Assembly: GCA_964016885.1 (NCBI GenBank)
Contig: OZ024740.1
Location: forward strand, 362,638,001 to 362,702,000
DNA from: Eledone cirrhosa
Lineage: Eukaryota
DNA: 64,000 bases
Direction of reading: 5' to 3'
Part shown: in pieces, positions 59,750 through 64,000 of the stretch
Layout of the letters: every line of letters starts with the position of its first letter
Numbering within the stretch: the stretch's first letter is position 1
Translations under genes and position numbers: made by a program
Notes under the pieces: model-generated
The model's database searches: none
Seen by the model: the letters and a program-made list of their open reading frames with translations, nothing else
Told to the model about the DNA's origin: nothing

Positions 59750-60560
59750 TTAATAATAATAATGAAATTATTGTGTACAGTGCTCAGGTGCAATACAACT
59801 CATCAAAGGTGCATATATAGTACATAGAATAATGTATAAATGTTATGAAAGTGAACAGTGTATGTGTCATGATATACGTGTGTGCGTGTGTATGGAGGGG
59901 GAATATCAGGTGTAGTGTTGGCGAATTTCAGGAAGCATGGAGGTTTTAAAGGATGCAGTATTCTGACAGCTAACAACTGATGTAGGTAGTTTGTTCCATG
60001 CTTCAGCAACTCTGAGCGTGAAAAAATGTTTCCGAAAGTCATGGGAGCTGTGCTGTTTTCTACTTTGTAGGCATGCCCATGGGTGTTAGACACATGGAAT
60101 TCAAAAAGGTGCGCAGGGTTGTTGTTGGCAAGATGGTTAGTAATTTTGTGGGTGTTTACCAAGTCAGTTGTCAGACGTCGGAGCTTCAATGTATCTATGC
60201 CCAGGTAAACAAGGTGTTCAGAGTATGGTAGATGCCTGATGGAGGGTATTTGCTTGGTTGCACGACTCTGAACAGTTTCCATGAGGTCAATATACTGAGC
60301 AAGATAGAGGTTCCAGACTGTACAAATTCTAAGTGTGATTGCACCATAGCTATATACAGCTTTAAATAGATAGCTGGAGAGTGGCTGACAAAGGTTTTGC
60401 TGAGTGATGTCAAGACACCCTCGGTCTACTTGACAATTTTAGATATGTGCTTTGTCCAATGCATATCACTGCTGACACTAATGCCCAGGTCAGGTTTACA
60501 AGAAAACTGCTTGAGATTACTGTTGTGGAGTGAGTATGTGGATGCTGGGTTTTTCCTTCC
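59750..60560 (-). mobile_element. 5'-truncated copy of the same CR1 family (FAM221A intron 1)
   Basis: Reverse complement of the CR1 3' region, including the tail. Confidence 0.9.
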
Positions 60561-60619
60561 TATTTATTATTATTCTCCAAATACCACAAACATTCCTTAC
60601 ATCCTATTTTATATCTGTT

Positions 60620-61710
60620 ATGTCTGGTATCTAGATGATGCTTGTTTGGAGTGTCCTCCAGATAAAGTCCTAGCAAATGTAAAGACAATGATTAAGAAAC
60701 TGGGTCATAGCAACAGTTCCAAATGTGAGCTCTGGTCCCTCAACCACCCAGTTTCACAGCAGACTGTAAACATGTTTACAGAGTCCTTCCCCTCTATCAC
60801 AGTTCCTCCCTCATCTGCGTGGTGCCCTCTTTGAACCTCAATTACTAACAAAGCTTTCAATCTAAGTTGGCTAATCTCAAGCAACTTTTAAAAAACCTTG
60901 AGGTCATTGAGCCTCACTAAGGTTTTTTTATACTTAGGAATTACTTGTTAATTCCTAAGTTGTATTTCCTCAGAGTTAGTCCCTCTTACAGATTCTTGTT
61001 GTTTCTCCAACACTTTGACGACTTAATCTTCAGTGAGCACGAGGGTCTCGTCAATGTCTGACTCTCTCCAGAGTCCTGCGATTAGGTTCCCTTGCCCAAA
61101 TGGTTTGGTCGTCTCGGTCTGCATAAATGTTCATCTTTGTCTTTACCTTGCTTTCTTTCCTCCATCCATGCTTGCTTCCCTTTGGTGGGTGACATCCTCT
61201 CCTTTCCAACATGGACTAGTTCCATCTGGGATATGGATGAAGCTTTACCACAGCAGAGAGAGCTGGATTTGTCAATTCCCGATACTGATGAGGATGGATG
61301 GAAGTAGAGAATATGAGACAATCTGCGTTCAAGGGAAACATTTTTGATCATTCTGATCAATTTTCTAGGTGCCGCTTACTTTTTGCAAGCGCAAAGTTCT
61401 CGGGAATGATGCCCTGCCTGTGGCCAACATTGTTGGTTTTTTCAGTCTGAACGAGCTCTGCATCTCCATTGCACTCTGAGTTGGAGCCGATGTATGTGGA
61501 CGTCTGAAATGTCGCTATAGTAGGTCCTTCAATCCACAGGCCTCCATGGTTTGTCCTGCTGCCACCTGAGTGCTGGTCACTTTGCCTACCATGCTGAGCT
61601 AAATTATCCAGAAATGACATGAAGAGACCAGACGGTTTTACCCTTTATCCCTGGGTAAGAGGCAGTTGTCTCATCTGGGATGCCATAGTCAGTGACTCTT
61701 TTGATCCTTT
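60620..61710 (+). mobile_element. Divergent, heavily decayed CRE-like RT/RLE fragment
   Basis: VWYLDDACL at about 60625 and RPDGFTLYPWVRGSCLIWDA at about 61625-61685. Confidence 0.65.
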
Positions 61711-62920
61711 GCCAAAATCATCATCATTGTTTAACGTCTACCTTCAATAGTGGTGCAGCGTGTTGGATTGCCTCAAAAGTTACCGTTGACCCTTGTGTTG
61801 AGTAAACGATTGTCGCAGTTGGCTGTGGGTTGACGGTGGTTTTTTTTTTCTTTCTCTCGCTTCGATCATTTATTTTTGTGCGTCGTATTTGTGAGGTTTC
61901 TAGCAATAGCTAATTGCATTTATTATATGGGTTTATATTTGTGTTGAAATAATTATGAACAATTTGTAATGTTATTTATACAACTATAAATTAAAATAGA
62001 AGTTCCTGTTTCATATATGAACGAAAACATCGTCGTCAGGTGCTCTGGCCCGTAACAAAAGCAAATAACAAAAACATCAGCGAATTTGACGTGAAGTTGA
62101 TGACGCCTGATTCTGTAGTTCTAAATCTGATTTTGTGCACTAAGTTTACATTTTGTGTCATAGTAAATGATAATTAAAAAGCTTAAAACACTTATAAAAT
62201 GTTAAAATGCTAGAAATAGCCGTTACAAATACTTTCATACTCAGAGAATATCAAACACTGTCATCACCGCAAAGATGTGTGCAGTTCTTAACTGTTTTAA
62301 TACCAAACCGCATCTATGCTACAAAACAGTTTATTTCACAGTGTTTATAGAAATCTAAAAACCCTTCATCACAATTTTATATTCCAATCATCAGATAAAT
62401 AGTGAGAAAGTTAGTTATATGACTAAAACCTTCCAAATTCTGAAATATTTAAAATATCATTTGAAAGTTTTGGTAACTTTTTATAATCGATGGGAAAATT
62501 TGTGTTTTTCTTGTGCTTTTTAAAATTAAACTTTTAGTGTTTTGAACGAATATGACCTTCAAAACTGCCGGAAATCATTTATTTTTAGTTTACACAGCGA
62601 GAGAGTGGAAACTCAGAGTCTAGATTTGAAGGTTTGATCTCAAATCCCGCCAAGGTTGACTTTGCCTTTCATCCTTACGGGGTCGATAAAATAAAAGTAC
62701 CAGTAATGCACTGGGTATTTGCTGGCCTTGTGCCTAAAGTAGAAACAATTATTACAATGAAAGGGTTAAAATAAACACTGAAAAACACGAACAATTAGTG
62801 AAAATCTTACGCCTTGAAATATATTTTAGTCCAGCGATAAATAATTAAACTTAGCCGAATTTCTGACAATTTCAATACAAACACAGAAATAAATTGAACT
62901 GAAATAAATGATGTAATTAC

Positions 62921-62994
62921 CGGCGATATTCTAAGTATGCATTTATAAGTGACTGTGCCGAAGGGTCGGCGGAAACACTACCCTCTTCTGCCAT
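62921..62994 (-). CDS. FAM221A: FAM221A coding exon 1
   Basis: ATG at 62994-62992. Reads MAEEGSVSADPSAQSLINAYLEYR-R|GTAATT, matching human ..VDEYLEYRR. Confidence 0.88.
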
Positions 62995-63016
62995 GACAAA
63001 ATAACGCTTTGGAAAT

Positions 63017-63047
63017 TCTGTCATAGCAACACTGTTGCTATGACAAA
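63017..63047. promoter_or_regulatory. Two inverted RFX X-box-like sites forming a perfect palindrome
   Basis: TGTCATAGCAACA-C-TGTTGCTATGACA (63019-63045). Each half resembles the X-box GTTGCCATGGCAAC with a perfect RGYAAC half-site. About 25 bp upstream of the FAM221A ATG. Confidence 0.7.
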
Positions 63048-63089
63048 TACCAAGGAAGATAACTCTTCAAGGGTACTCGATATTTTCAC

Positions 63090-63115
63090 AGTAGTCGTCG
63101 TAGCAGCAGCAATAA

Positions 63116-63153
<38 letters not shown>

Positions 63154-63154
63154 A

Positions 63155-63187
<33 letters not shown>
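63090..63187. repeat. Compound (GCA)n(GTA)n trinucleotide microsatellite
   Basis: Direct reading of the sequence; it lies next to the FAM221A promoter region. Confidence 0.95.
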
Positions 63188-63639
63188 AGCAGGATCTTCG
63201 TCGGTTTCGACGACGTGTGTTCCAGTTGAATTGATCAACGGTACAGCCTGCTCGTGAAATTAACGTGCAAGTGACTGAGTATTTTACAGACACATATACC
63301 ATTATAGCGGCACTTGTTACCAAATATAGAGAGCCTGGGTGCTAGGATGGATGGTGGTTTTGTGGTGTTGATTCGGTTGTTGTCTGTATACTCACTTGTG
63401 AATTGCTCAGCGGTGTGCTCACTGTCGTGTGACCAGAGATTGCATGCGTGAAGGTAAGTAAGTAACAGTTTCATTATGACGATGATGATGCAAATTTAAT
63501 AAGAAAGCTTACACCCAAGACGAAGGACCTACCATCGGCGTCAGCAAAGCTGGCGATATTGCCAACCTATTTATGGTATGGTGGGAAAGGAGACTCAGAG
63601 AACGCCTAGCAGAGAACTGTATAGTCCTCATTATGTACT

Positions 63640-63813
63640 TGGCAGTATCGGTAGAGGGTCGGACGCCATGCTTTCCAGCATAGTTACGTCCCTTTACGAT
63701 CTGAGTTCAAATCCCGCCGAGGTTGACTTTGCCTTTCATCCTTACGGGGTCGATAAAATAAAGTACCAGTAATGCACTGGGTAATTGCTGGCCTTGTGCC
63801 AAAAGTAGAAACA
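63640..63813 (+). mobile_element. SINE family A with 10-bp TSD
   Basis: Near-identical to 44440-44614. TSD ATTATGTACT at 63630-63639 and 63814-63823. A 5'-truncated copy lies at about 62630-62752. Confidence 0.88.
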
Positions 63814-64000
63814 ATTATGTACTCTCAGTAAACGACATTAATATAGTAATAAAAACACCCCACCAGAGAGTACCAATAAACTCGAATTAGAAACTAATAC
63901 CATGGAGAGCATCCAGCAAATAGTTAATTCCATACACCAGAGCATCACAGTAACTATCGACTACCCTTCCAAATACCTTAACATTAGACTACCAGTATTA

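Noticed and set aside
63021-63323. Poly-Ala/Val or poly-Thr/Ala membrane peptide ORFs
   Set aside because: They arise from the (GCA)n(GTA)n microsatellite, with no independent coding evidence.

Overview
AT-rich, repeat-dense eukaryotic DNA. A cephalopod (octopus-like) origin is inferred from the SINE/RTE/microsatellite landscape and is not proven. Two spliced host genes face each other tail-to-tail. On the + strand are the last 7 coding exons (580-12537) of a large Rab GTPase most like CRACR2A/EFCAB4B (Rab46), ending in KKKCCS. On the - strand is a complete 8-exon FAM221A orthologue (62994->25138, 313 aa, every junction GT-AG and phase-consistent), with a perfect double RFX X-box palindrome just upstream of its ATG. 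FAM221A intron 6 (17.5 kb) holds a same-strand train of retroelements joined by (ATT)n: a CRE-clade RLE retrotransposon relic with an apparent N-terminal PHD finger, an RTE fragment, a tRNA-derived SINE, an intact two-ORF Tx1/L1-clade LINE (32498-38528) and an older decayed relative (27490-32455). Three observations stand out. (i) The LINE ORF1 stop codon lies inside a canonical 5' splice site, and removing a 53-nt GT-AG segment would fuse ORF1 in frame to ORF2; the motif and its spacing recur in the older relative. (ii) The LINE and a common SINE family share an exactly spaced 3'-terminal motif, CCTTGTG-N8-AGAAA, suggesting a LINE-SINE partnership. (iii) Both appear to prefer ATT targets and regenerate them with their own tails. 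The remainder is CR1, RTE, CORE-SINE, mariner, piggyBac-type MITE and other relics. All calls were made by eye and no database search was run.
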